Shown in pieces: positions 39,441-51,647 of a stretch of 64,000 bases of DNA. The first letter of the stretch is position 1, and the number at the start of each line of letters is the position of its first letter. Both the position numbers and the translations under genes were made by a program. Source of the DNA: Octopus bimaculoides (taxonomy: Eukaryota); the NCBI RefSeq assembly GCF_001194135.2, contig NC_068983.1, positions 14,305,701 to 14,369,700 of the forward strand. The letters run 5' to 3'. The notes below the pieces were generated by a model. It had not been told where the DNA came from, made no database searches, and was given only the letters and a program-made list of their open reading frames with translations.

Positions 39441-39848
39441 ACTCTTTTACTCTTTTACTTGTTTCAGTCTTTTGACTGTGGCCATGCTGGAGCACCGCCT
39501 TTTAGTCAAGCAAATCGACCCCAGGACTTATTCTTTAGAAGCCTAGTACTTATTCTATCGATATCTTTTGCCGAACCGCTAAGTTACGGGGACATAAACA
39601 CACCAGCATCGGTTGTCAAGCGATGTTGGGGGACAAACACACACATACAAACATACACACACACATACATACATATACATATATACGACAGGCTTCTTTC
39701 AGTTTCCGTCTACCAAATCCACTCACAAGGCTTTGGTCGGCCCGAGGCTATAGTAGAAGACACTTGCCCAAGATGCCGCGCAGTGGGACTGAACCCGGGA
39801 CCATGTGGTTGGTAAGCTAGCTACTTACCACACAGCCACTCCTACGCC
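39441..39848 (-). mobile_element. SINE family A, full length
   Basis: Reverse complement of the 33774 copy with a short linker. Confidence 0.9.
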
Positions 39849-42239
39849 TATGTGTATATTCTCAATATTTGCGACGTGCACCTTCTTCCCATTATAGAAT
39901 GAGCGAACGGTTCCCACCACTGGCAGATATCCAGCATCTAGGATGATAGCCAATTCTTTGCATATGAGGGAATAGTTCTTTTTTTGCTGGTTTATTTCTT
40001 TTACTTGTGTAATTCTGTTTTCTTTCGTACTCTCACTCTCTCTCTCACTCCATCACTCACTCACTCACCCACTCACTTTCTTTATCTAGCTATGTTTCAA
40101 ACATATTCTTAGAGTTGCATATAGTTCATGACTGAGTTAAACGGATTTATAAATGCTTACATATTCATACACATGTGTCACACACAGATAAACTTACATC
40201 CATGTATGCACGTATGAGCGTGTTATGTATATGTTTGTACGTATGTATGGATGTGTGTGGATGCGTGTATTTGTGTGATTATGTGTTTGTGTGCTTATGT
40301 GTTTGTGTGTGTTTCTGTGTATCAAGTCATAACATCTTAGTGTTAGTAGTAGTAGTAGTAGTGGTAGAAACAGTAGCAGCAGCAGCAATCGTAGCAGATT
40401 TTGTTGCTTCGCCAGCTTTTACTAAAGGTTGAAGAGCCAATTAATCAAACTGATAAAGAATCACAAAGCAGTTGATTTAGTTCGGCAAACTTCGGGATTC
40501 AGACGAGTTATTCTGTTATCAGGAGCTAGAATATTTCCTTCACAACATCAGCTACAGTTATCGTCATTCGATTAATAAGGCAATTAAAGTGCTGTTCCCA
40601 CACTAATGAATGTTGGTTCTCTAGTATTAGACTCGGTTCCTCAGTGTCGCAAAGAAAACTATCATCTCAATATGGTACTCAACAGACAACATTCTCTTTA
40701 CAGAAAAATGTTTCAGGCTCCTCTGCATTGGGCGCCATCTGTAGCTTTGTAATTCTCTTCCTCTACTAGACACCCCTCATCTTCCAGAATATAGTCTGTA
40801 GTATTTTATTTGCTTTATTGTTCTTCATTCGTCAATCATTTACACATTCGATATGTACAGAGCAGAGTTTGATTAGCAGTGAATTCACCAATGAATTGCT
40901 CGTTTGAACCCGTGTCTATGCTTTTTATTAAAACATTTGTGTCCGCCGAAGCCTGAATATATTTTTTTTTATCTCGTGAGTAGATGCAATGACATAGTGG
41001 GTACTGCAAAGATCTGCGAGGAATTCTTTCATCCTTTCTTTGAGGATATCATACCTTTAACCTTCTGCTTGGTTCGTAATTGTGTTTAGAGAAGGTCAAC
41101 CATGTGTAAGCATTCGTGTCAGGGATCCGGTTTGACGATAATTTTTTCCATTCCGCCAGTTTGAGGAAAACCTCATGGGCGATGTCCTTCATTACATGAA
41201 TAAAAGAATATACATGTGCATCTGTATGTATGTATGTATGTATATAGATATTCATCAACCCCTCCCCCCTCTCTCTAGCTATCCATCCATCAATACATGT
41301 ATGCATATATGTATACATATGCACACATATTTTTGTATATCATATTTAACGCAGGTATTGTGTTGAAAGCCTGGAAACTGCAGCATTCATCTAGGAAAAG
41401 CATGTCGTAAAGACATGTAGTGCTGAAAACACAGTTACAGACGAAATACATCGAGAAGCGTTGGTAGAATTAGTAATATAAATACGTATTACTACTTCTT
41501 TGAATGTCATTAGTTACAAGAGTCCATTAACAAACATCTACAAGCAGCTGCATGCTAAAACAAGTTTAGTGTCTATTGATACAGAAAAAAAAAAAACAGT
41601 GATTAACAAATCACTGGTGACGCAATTAGCTTAATTGTAACCGCCTGCTTATGATTACATTAAAAGGGTGTATAATTTTCGACGGGGTTAATTACCTTTT
41701 CAAATCTTACTGATCCTCTTCTATCTATTTTAATATTTTTCTTCTTAAATTTTGCTAAATTGTAACTGCCTTAAAGGCGTGAGTATGATTGTCGGGGTGA
41801 TTGAAATATCACTCAACTTATTGCTTTTGGTGGCTTTTGGAAGCGTTTGTTTCGGGAAGGGGATATCACAGAAGAGGTAAATTAGTAGGTGTTGACGTGG
41901 TAATGGCATGGTGAAAGTTTGGTTTAAAGAATAAAGTTAGATAATTCCTTTCTTACACACACACATACACACGTATATGTGTATAGGCGAAACTAGTCTA
42001 GTCTACTGATCCTAGAGTCGCTCATGGGGCGGTTATATGCCCTGATACTTCTATATTGTGCGCTTCTTACAGCATTGAGTTTTTTTACTTCTTGCCATAT
42101 AGGTGCTTTGGCACCGTCAGCCACAATCAGTTACGATAAAATTTATATGTATGTGTGTGTGTGCGTGCGCGCGTGTATAGATGTATATATAATATCACAG
42201 TCCCGCTATCACAGTACCGACCAGACCATCAGATGCTAT

Positions 42240-42750
42240 AGTACTCCGCTAGTCATGGTGCACTTCCAGTTCCGTTCTGATTGCACCACTCTCTTCCCTC
42301 TCCACCAAAGTTGCTTATCTAAATCATCATCTTTCAATCGCCGCAGAAGCCTTCCAAGTAGCCTTTTCCGACAATGTCTTGGCAACTGAGCGGATCCACC
42401 AATTCTCTGCGGGTCTTGTAACATTTTCAACCAAGCGGAAATTGTACTTTTTAGTATTCTTCTATCACATCGTTCGCTCCGCACCATTCTCAAATTATCA
42501 CATCTCGAATATGCTCTCCAAATAATATTCTTAGCATGGACCATCCCTTGTTTATTTGCAATCACAGCCAATCGATTTTCTACCCTGTTCGTAGTACATT
42601 ACATTTCGCTTGTGTATAAGAGCGCAGCTTGAACTGTGCTACTGAAGAGTGGGGGACGTATAGAATGGTTTTGATTTGAGCACATCTTCATAGAAATAAA
42701 CTTCTTCCATCTTGACTTTGCTCTGTTTGCGATTGCAGTAGCATATCTCG
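42240..42750 (-). mobile_element. RTE-type LINE 3' fragment
   Basis: IGGSAQLPRHCRKRLLGRLLRRLKDDDLDKQLWWRGKRVVQSERNWKC resembles the RTE ..KR..GRP..RW.D C-terminus. Confidence 0.6.
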
Positions 42751-42850
42751 GTGCACATTCAATGTGTACTCTAATTAGACATATTCCTTTACTTCCTTCT
42801 CTTTGTCTTTTATTTTTTGTGAATTCTCCCTACACACACACACACACACA

Positions 42851-42935
42851 CTTTATTTAAAAGCAGCAGAAATATAACCAAAAACTGTTACTTGGATTTT
42901 CACGTTTCCGTTCATCGGACAGTTTTGTTAGAAAT
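42851..42935 (-). mobile_element. Partial copy of the 3790 palindromic HHR unit; HHR at 42881-42926
   Basis: Minus strand: aaaactgt-CCGAUGA-acg-gaaa-cgt-GAA-Aa-tccaa-GU-A-acagtttt; between (CA)n and (TA)n. Confidence 0.75.
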
Positions 42936-43511
42936 ATATATATATATATATATATATANNNNNNNNNNNNNNNNNNNNNNNNNNNNNNNNNNNNNNNNNN
43001 NNNNNNNNNNNNNNNNNNNNNNNNNNNNNNNNNNNNNNNNNNNNNNNNNNNNNNNNNNNNNNNNNNNNNNNNNNNNNNNNNNNNNNNNNNNNNNNNNNNN
43101 NNNNNNNNNNNNNNNNNNNNNNNNNNNNNNNNNNNNNNNNNNNNNNNNNNNNNNNNNNNNNNNNNNNNNNNNNNNNNNNNNNNNNNNNNNNNNNNNNNNN
43201 NNNNNNNNNNNNNNNNNNNNNNNNNNNNNNNNNNNNNNNNNNNNNNNNNNNNNNNNNNNNNNNNNNNNNNNNNNNNNNNNNNNNNNNNNNNNNNNNNNNN
43301 NNNNNNNNNNNNNNNNNNNNNNNNNNNNNNNNNNNNNNNNNNNNNNNNNNNNNNNNNNNNNNNNNNNNNNNNNNNNNNNNNNNNNNNNNNNNNNNNNNNN
43401 NNNNNNNNNNNNNNNNNNNNNNNNNNNNNNNTCTTCTTCTTCTTCTTCTTCTTCTTCTTCTTCTTCTTCTTCTTCTTGCCGCTCCCACTTTACTCCTTGT
43501 ACCAGTGTTGC

Positions 43512-43581
<70 letters not shown>

Positions 43582-43713
43582 GTCTGTCTATTTATTACTA
43601 GGGCTTCTTTTTATTCCTCGCTAATCCATGCAGATTTATAAATTGTAAATAAATGTGGGCACCCATATACATACCCTGCATATATAAACACGCATACATG
43701 TAGGGGTGATTAT

Positions 43714-43755
<42 letters not shown>

Positions 43756-43811
43756 ACACACACGGATATATACATATACATACATAGTCATCAACATCAT
43801 CGTCGTCAGTA

Positions 43812-43848
<37 letters not shown>

Positions 43849-44499
43849 CTACTACGAAACACCTATCTGACATCCTATAATGAACTTGATAGTAGTAGTA
43901 GTAGCAATAATAGTTGTAGCAGCAGCAGCAGTAGTAGTAGTAGTTGTAGTAGTAGTATATAAGTTCTGCTGCTGTAGCGGCTTTTGCTAAAGGTTGAATA
44001 GCAAATTAATCAAGCTAATTAAGAAGCAGAAAGCAGTTGGTTTATATATTTATTTAATTAGACAATATTTATCTAAGAACTCGGTTAAAATATTTATAAA
44101 CATTCTTTATCCCGTTCACTAATTACTAATGCTAACTCATTACAGATCTAGAAATTAGAGAAGAAATACTGGGAAAACAAGCTCTAGGCGTGGCTTGTTC
44201 GTTAAAGAGATTTCTCTGCAACGATATTGATCCGCGTTCAATCCTAGTGCACTGAACCATGAATTTGATAGGTGAAATAATTATCAGAGACGCTTTGTAG
44301 TTTAAAATTAGAATATATATGAGATTCTACACTTGTATTCTCTCAACGTTGGTTGCTTTTATACGTACAAATGACCACTTTTTAACCTTTTCGTTTCTCA
44401 ATATACGTATATCATCCTCATGATCCGGTCGCATTGCTTGCAAGGATTTCTTGAATCTCTATCACTGTCTAATTCTATTGTTTATCATATTCAAGAGGT

Positions 44500-44800
44500 G
44501 AGCGGTATTGCGGTCCATGTCGTCATAATTCTGCTTGAGATTAGTTCTGTCTTGTCGTCCTCTATTAGTTCTTACCTGTCTAGGCTCTCAGAAAGGAACT
44601 CCACTTACTGCTCTACGTATACACTCTTTGATGATATCTGATACTAGATAAAGTTTTACATCTCACCATAAAATGCTGTTTGGGCTGCTCTAAGGAATCG
44701 AGACATTCGCAAGAGGTGCACTGTGTCAGTGAGAAATAGCATTAGCTGTCTCCTTCAAATGTCCAATGATGCAACACCGAACATATACGAGGCTTTCATT
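44500..44800 (-). mobile_element. Decayed RTE-type LINE 3' end
   Basis: Weak peptide resemblance to the RTE C-terminal region. Confidence 0.3.
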
Positions 44801-44949
44801 ATAGCAGAAAAGTAGCTGCAGAAGAACATATTCTAATGAAACCTAAAACAAGAAAATATGTTCAATGGGAAAACCAAGATTAAGACAAAAGAGACAAACA
44901 CTCCAAGTTGCTGCAGAATTAAAGAATAAAGTGCTTACAAGAAGTAATA

Positions 44950-45370
44950 GAAGACGTTATGTAGAAGATGTATTTGATACATATCTCGCGGTTCAAAAAG
45001 AATTTATTTACCAAAAATCACACTAGTTAACTCCTCAATTGAAAATAAAAGTCCTACAACAACCTGTCAGACCATTAATGAAATAAGTGGAAAGAAAGAA
45101 TGCATCCGAGTCAAAACTCAAAAGGAAACGCTACAAATGTGGAAAAATCACATCCAAAAACTCCAGACATGGTCGATACGTCTATATTACAAATATCAGA
45201 ACAACTCATTATCAAATGCTGGATTGGAAATAGTTCTAAAAATATCGAACTCGAACAGAGCACCTGGCCTTGATGTAATACCACATGAACTGTGGACAAC
45301 CAAGCAATTTAATGTTATTCTTTTGAAGTTCTGCAAAGGTGTATATAACCAAACAGCATATAAACAGGGG
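44950..45370 (+). mobile_element. Decayed RTE-type LINE, pre-RT/RT start
   Basis: INEISGKK...MWKNHIQKL...SNRAPGLDVIPHELWTTKQFNVILLKFCKGVYNQ (KA.G.D.IP.E motif). Confidence 0.6.
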
Positions 45371-46348
45371 CTTATAGAAGGTGATAGAAGAATTGAGAAA
45401 TTCTGTTGTGTAATTTGCTACCTCTTCTGTATATGGGATTGTATGAACTGACTTATAGATGTGATGACTTCCAGGAAGGTACTGCAGCAGCTGCTCATTA
45501 AATATATTTACAGTGCTATTGTTTGGAGCCAGTATTGCTCTTTCACACAGCCAATTGAAAATGTGATAATATTTCGACCAATGGAGGATCTCCTTTTTGG
45601 AGACATGATGTCAAGCAATATGATGTAATAAAATGAGATGACAATTGTACGATAATAATGAAATGACAATAAAAAAAGGTGAATAATATCAACAACGTAG
45701 CAAATCTTAAGAGATACATATAATGAATTGAGGTGACACTGTTATGTTAATAATTAACTATCAATAGAAAATATTAATTAATATCAATATTTTAAAAAGA
45801 TGAAAAACGTTCAGCGGATTAATCGCGCTGGATATGAGGGGGACAATCAGTTTCTGAAAGTTAGTTCGCAAAGAGTTACCTCCCTTTTCACCATAACCAA
45901 GGAACGGGTATTTTCTACTTGCAGAGGGCCCGTTCCTCATCATGTGAAAACATCTAAATCTTAGAACATAAGAAATGTATGTTCCCAGTTTGGTAAAAAT
46001 AAGTTGTGAACTTCAGAAGTAATGCAGATTTACACACACACACAACCTCACATTTATATATATATATATATAGATATAATCTGTGTATATTTAAATTAGG
46101 CACATCATTGAAAGACTAATTAACTGCGGTATACATCCTGGCCTAGAATTACTAATAGACGTACAGTGTTAAAGGACACAAAGATATATCAGTATCTGAG
46201 GAAAATCTCTCAACAGCGGTGGTGGCATTACTAAATGGCCATGTCTGACTCCTTGGTATTCATCAGCGGCGAGTATCCACTGGAAACTGCAGGCTACATA
46301 CAAATATAAACACATACACACATATGCATACAATGACGTATATAAGAA

Positions 46349-46548
46349 AGGCGGAGAGCTGGCAGAAGCGTTAGCACGCCGGGCGAAATGCTTAGCGGTA
46401 TTTCGTCTGTCTTTACCTTCTGAGTTCAAATTCCGTCGAACTCGAATTTGCCTCTCATCCTTCCGGGGTCGATAAATTAAGTACTAGATCGAATCGACTG
46501 GCCTCATCCCCCAAAATTTCGGACTTCGTGCTTAGATTTGAAAAGAAT
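46349..46548 (+). mobile_element. SINE family B
   Basis: ggcggagagctggcagaagcgttagcacgccgggcg...gagttcaaattcc...ggggtcgataaattaagtac. Confidence 0.9.
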
Positions 46549-47009
46549 GCGTGTGTACGCATAAAAGTTTTGGCCAGAGATAGAAAAAAAAAAACCTGCT
46601 ACCACGAACGACAATTCTTTGTTACAATTTGTTCCGGTTGCCCTTAGTCCCCTTCCCACAGGTCATTAAACTTATTATCAGTGCAATTCATGAACTCGAT
46701 ATAATGTACTAAAAATTCTTGCAAGTCAGTGCTCTTAGTGCGGTTTAAGTCCAATTACTGAGACCAATCAATATATTTTCTCATGAGACGTATGTTTTCA
46801 TCCGGCCCTATTAATCAGGAGTTTATGATGCTTCTAAGAATCCTAATTACTTCAAGTTCAAATGATCTCATATATAACGTATATGAAATATATGTGTAAC
46901 GTATATGAAATATATGTGTAACGTATATGAAAGTAAAGACAGCAATTTCTATATAAAAAATACTCTTTTATCTTTCGGAACTTTACTTTTAATATCTTCG
47001 CAAATGATA

Positions 47010-47194
47010 GGCGGCGAGCTGGCAAAATAGTTATCACGCCGGTCAAAACGCTTAGTGTCATCTATTCCGGCTCTTTACATTCATCGCTCAAATTCCGCCG
47101 TGGTCAATTTAGCCTTTCATTCCGTCCGAGTTGATAAAATAAGTACCATTTGAGCATTGGGGTCGATGTAATCGATTAAATATCAACCCCCACC
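47010..47194 (+). mobile_element. SINE family B
   Basis: ggcggcgagctggc head and core. Confidence 0.8.
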
Positions 47195-47499
47195 AGGAAA
47201 AGAGAAAAACAAACAAAAAAAAAGTAAATTTGGGCCTTTTATAAAAGAATGAAAGGGATATAAAGAAGGAACGTGAAGAAAATATGGCTACAGAAGTGTA
47301 ACTTTGTTGTTATTCTTGTTGCCGTTGTTGTACCCCTTGATCATATAGATTAATGTCAGAAAGAAGCGCGAGTCGTAACTATCAAAAATAATCTAAAATA
47401 TATAATCTGTATGAGTTAATGTTTTGTGGTGTTTTGAAAAAGGAAGATTTTGATTTGAAGATTTGACTGCTATTTAAGACAGATCAATCTACGGAAGGG

Positions 47500-47705
47500 C
47501 TATTTGTTTTTGGTTGTTTATTGCAAGGTCAGACCCTTATCAAGCAGACATATGATAAATGATGTTTCTGCTTGGGGCATCCCGTATTTTAATCAGACAT
47601 AGGTAACTTGAATTGGATAATATACCTGTATTTTCCAAACAGTTGAGAGTGATTTAAATGGGATTTAGGTGCTATTTTTAGCTAGGCGAACAACATGTAA
47701 AGATT
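47500..47705 (-). mobile_element. Repeat family C
   Basis: Reverse complement of the family core (gatttaggtgctatttttagc). Confidence 0.45.
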
Positions 47706-47787
47706 CCAGAGGAAATACAGCCGATGTTGTATTTGGAAATATTAACAACTGAAAATTATGACATATATATATATATATATCGAGTGG

Positions 47788-47840
47788 TCTTAACTGACGA
47801 GGCAACGGAAATTGCCGAAACTGACGTGTCAGTATTAAGA
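47788..47840 (+). ncRNA. Complete canonical type-I hammerhead ribozyme
   Basis: tcttaa-CUGACGA-ggcaa-cggaaa-ttgcc-GAA-actga-cgtg-tcagt-A-ttaaga; all core bases and three perfect stems. Confidence 0.9.
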
Positions 47841-47997
47841 ACTCTCGATCGGCACTTTTCGGACTATTATGGTCCCTGTTAGTGTCTATGTTTTCATTCA
47901 TGTGCGTTAACTACAACATTAGAGCGGTTTAGCTCTTATTTCTAACAATGTAGGTGTTTCATAACATCCTAGTCACATTTAGTGACATTTATATATA

Positions 47998-48845
47998 TAT
48001 GAAGTAGCATCAAAACTTTGCCGGACTAGTTGTGTAGTTGTGTAGCGCACCAACAGATAGCAGCACACGGTTGAATGTGCAGTGACAGCTAATAGTACCC
48101 TTCACCAGACAGTGGGCCGAGTGACATCACTATGTTTACTTCGCAAGTTCGGGAATTTGTGTTTCTTGTGGTCACGTGTATACTTTATTCTGCGATTTTT
48201 GTCATGGACAAGAAGTTGGAACGAACAGTCAAAGTGAAATTTTGCGCTAAACTTGGAAAGTCTACTACAGAGACATTGAGCATGCTTCTGCAAGCTTACA
48301 GTGACGAGGCGATGAGTCGTACGTAATTTTTCGAGTGGTACGAGGGCTTCAAAAGCGGAAAAAACGTCCCTGGAATACGATGAACGATCTGGAAGACCTG
48401 TCATGAACGTCAACTCCGGGAATGTGACGAAAAGTCATCAGCCTGTGTATGAGGGTCGTGAGAGGACTATCAGCGATTCTTTCAAACGTTTGAGAAAAGA
48501 AATACGGCGAAAGCGACAGGATCATTGGAGTGCAAAGAAATGGATTCTTCTCGACAACAGGGCACCCTGTCACTGACTGTCTCCTTCGTGAACCTCTCGC
48601 CAAAAACAACCTGGTATCGCTTCTGCACCCACCCTATTCGGTATATTTAGCACCTTCGGCCTTCCATCTCTTCTCCAAGATGTATATGCAGCTCAAAAGC
48701 TTGCCGTGTTAGCACTGTTGGCGAGAGCCCCAGCGAATCATAGGACGTCTTCAACTCACGTATGGAAAACGACTTCCAGGCCGGACTCCAGAATTGGTAG
48801 GAATGCTAGGACCGGTGTATATCTGCGCAAGGTGACTAACATGTA
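47998..48845 (+). mobile_element. Internally deleted mariner
   Basis: ATG at 48204: MDKKLERTVKVKFCAKLGKSTTETLSMLLQAYSDEAMSRT*FFEW...DERSGRP; later DNRAP and HPPYSVYLAPSAFHLF. Confidence 0.85.
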
Positions 48846-49049
48846 TATATATATATATATATATATNNNNNNNNNNNNNNNNNNNNNNNNNNNNNNNNNN
48901 NNNNNNNNNNNNNNNNNNNNNNNNNNNNNNNNNNNNNNNNNNNNNNNNNNNNNNNNNNNNNNNATACTCGTTATGGCAACCTCCTACCTAACTCGGCATC
49001 AGAAAGTTGTGTCGCCGGTGACTGAAAATTTTAGGTTCAATAAGGCTTG

Positions 49050-49490
49050 CATATAACCTTACGGATCCTCACCATGCCAATGACCTGAACCAGAGAAGGC
49101 AGGGAAAGATATCCAGTGCAAACAACGAAAAAAAAAACAAAAAACAGAGAAACGAGACATGCAACATAAAGAATATTTCCCTTCTTCACTTGTCCCTGTT
49201 CCATCTACTCCGCGTTTCGAAGGCAAGGACAATACGCGACTTCGTTGGATCAGTCCTTCCTGCAAAGCAAATTAAATAGAATTTGGAATTTTTTGCGGAG
49301 GGTAAAAGTGTTAACAAGAACAGGACAGTGAGAACAAGACAGCAAAAACAGTTCGAAAAAAGTTCGNNNNNNNNNNTGAGAACAAGACAGCAAAAACAGT
49401 TCGAAAAAAGTTCGTTTTCTGTTTTCAATTTTATTCGTTTCTCATTGTGTTTAACGTTTTTTTATGTCCTGTACAAATATATGCACGTAT
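49050..49490. mobile_element. Second copy of the 10075 repeat with an internal inversion
   Basis: 49130-49345 is reverse-complementary to ~10225-10440; 49398-49490 is direct to 10443-10535. Confidence 0.6.
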
Positions 49491-50064
49491 CTATACATAT
49501 AGATGTAGGTGTGTACATATATGTATGGATATATGCATATATCTATATATTATTTATAATATTATATGATCGAACGCCACGCATCCTTTTCCAAGTAAGT
49601 TTTATTTTAATAATTACAATGCACACTCTTCTACTTTCTCTCTCCCTCTCAAAATTTTCTCCTTTTTTTTTTATTCTCTCATAGTTTTTTCTCTTCTTCC
49701 ATCCCTTGTATTCGCTCCCACTAGTTCTCTTTCTCGCTCGTTTTCTTTCATTCTAACTTTTACTTATTCACTCGATAAATCACTCTCCCTTTTTCTATCT
49801 CTTGCTTTCTATCACTCACTCTTTAATCCCTCTCATTCTCTACACTAATATCTCACTTAATAAATCCTACAGTCTTTTACACTTGCTCTATTAATCTCAT
49901 TCAATATCCTTATCCTTCGCTCTCTCTCCTACTCACTCCCTTCATCTCTGCCACTATTGCATCTACGATTCACCCGTTCTACCTCTCCTTAGCTCTCACT
50001 CTCTTTTACTTATACCCCATCTTAACTGTACATTTTGTCTCTATCACTGTCTAGCTTTCCTACT

Positions 50065-50124
<60 letters not shown>

Positions 50125-51605
50125 NNNNNNNNNNNNNNNNNNNNNNNNNNNNNNNNNNNNNNNNNNNNNNNNNNNNNNNNNNNNNNNNNNNNNNNNNNNN
50201 NNNNNNNNNNNNNNNNNNNNNNNNNNNNNNNNNNNNNNNNNNNNNNNNNNNNNNNNNNNNNNNNNNNNNNNNNNNNNNNNNNNNNNNNNNNNNNNNNNNN
50301 NNNNNNNNNNNNNNNNNNNNNNNNNNNNNNNNNNNNNNNNNNNNNNNNNNNNNNNNNNNNNNNNNNNNNNNNNNNNNNNNNNNNNNNNNNNNNNNNNNNN
50401 NNNNNNNNNNNNNNNNNNNNNNNNNNNNNNNNNNNNNNNNNNNNNNNNNNNNNNNNNNNNNNNNNNNNNNNNNNNNNNNNNNNNNNNNNNNNNNNNNNNN
50501 NNNNNNNNNNNNNNNNNNNNNNNNNNNNNNNNNNNNNNNNNNNNNNNNNNNNNNNNNNNNNNNNNNNNNNNNNNNNNNNNNNNNNNNNNNNNNNNNNNNN
50601 NNNNNNNNNNNNNNNNNNNATATATATATATATATCTGTGTGTGTGTGTGTGTGTATTGATATCAAGTGGCGACTTTTACAAACTAAGTTGAATGATGTC
50701 ATTTTCTGACAACTAAAAAATCTCGAATCGCATTCCAAAAGTCACGAGATAAAGAAAAGCTAAAAACCCACCAAAGACAGAAAGAAAGAAAAACAAATAA
50801 CAAAAGAAAATAGAAGAAATGTAGATAAGTAAAAAGTGGGTTTGTTTCAGATATTGAAGAATAAACCAAAAATGCAAAAAAATAATAAAAAATAAAATAA
50901 CAAAGGCATAAAAAAACAAAAAAGCATAAAAACAAAAGCAAAGAAGAGGACAGAGAAAAATCTGAATTGCAAGGCTGTCATAGACAATCAAACGAAGTTG
51001 TTTCGATGCATTAATCGATATGTTTCTGTCTACCTAGATACTATATTGATTTCTTTTTGCGATTCCTTTAGGAAATTCGGAAATTTCATGCAAAGTATGA
51101 AAATATGACACAAAGAACATTTGAATGTTATGAGACGCTTCTGACAGCGAGCGTTTTCTATTTCGAAAGAATTCACTGTAATCTATTTAAGTCGAGTCCC
51201 TTCGGCACGAAACTGTCAATGGCTATTACAATAGTATTTGATGATGATAATTCCATAATTGAAAACAGATTAAATATAGTAATTACCAAGTCTTTGCATC
51301 AACTTTTATTATTTCCGAATCCACACTTACTCAATTCACCTCCTCTGCGTGTATACGTCTCTGCATATGTGCGCGTGTATGAGTGTATGTATATATACGT
51401 ATATATGTAGGCGTGAGCCTGTATGTGTTAGTGCGCGCAGGTGTGCACATATATGTTTATAGATATATATATATATATGAATATGTACGTATTCTTTCAC
51501 AACTGACAAAATGTACGTACACACACTATCAAAACAGACACCCATCCACACTACACATACACACGTAATGATTTATATTTCCATACGCATATATGCCTAT
51601 ATATG

Positions 51606-51647
<42 letters not shown>

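Noticed and set aside
40704-40769. Possible terminal exon KNVSGSSALGAICSFVILFLY* (GPI-signal-like)
   Set aside because: Only 21 codons, no upstream exons found; compatible with chance
45900-45937. 9-bp hairpin aggaacggg/cccgttcct, plus a nearby minus-strand donor
   Set aside because: Isolated; no element or RNA family context
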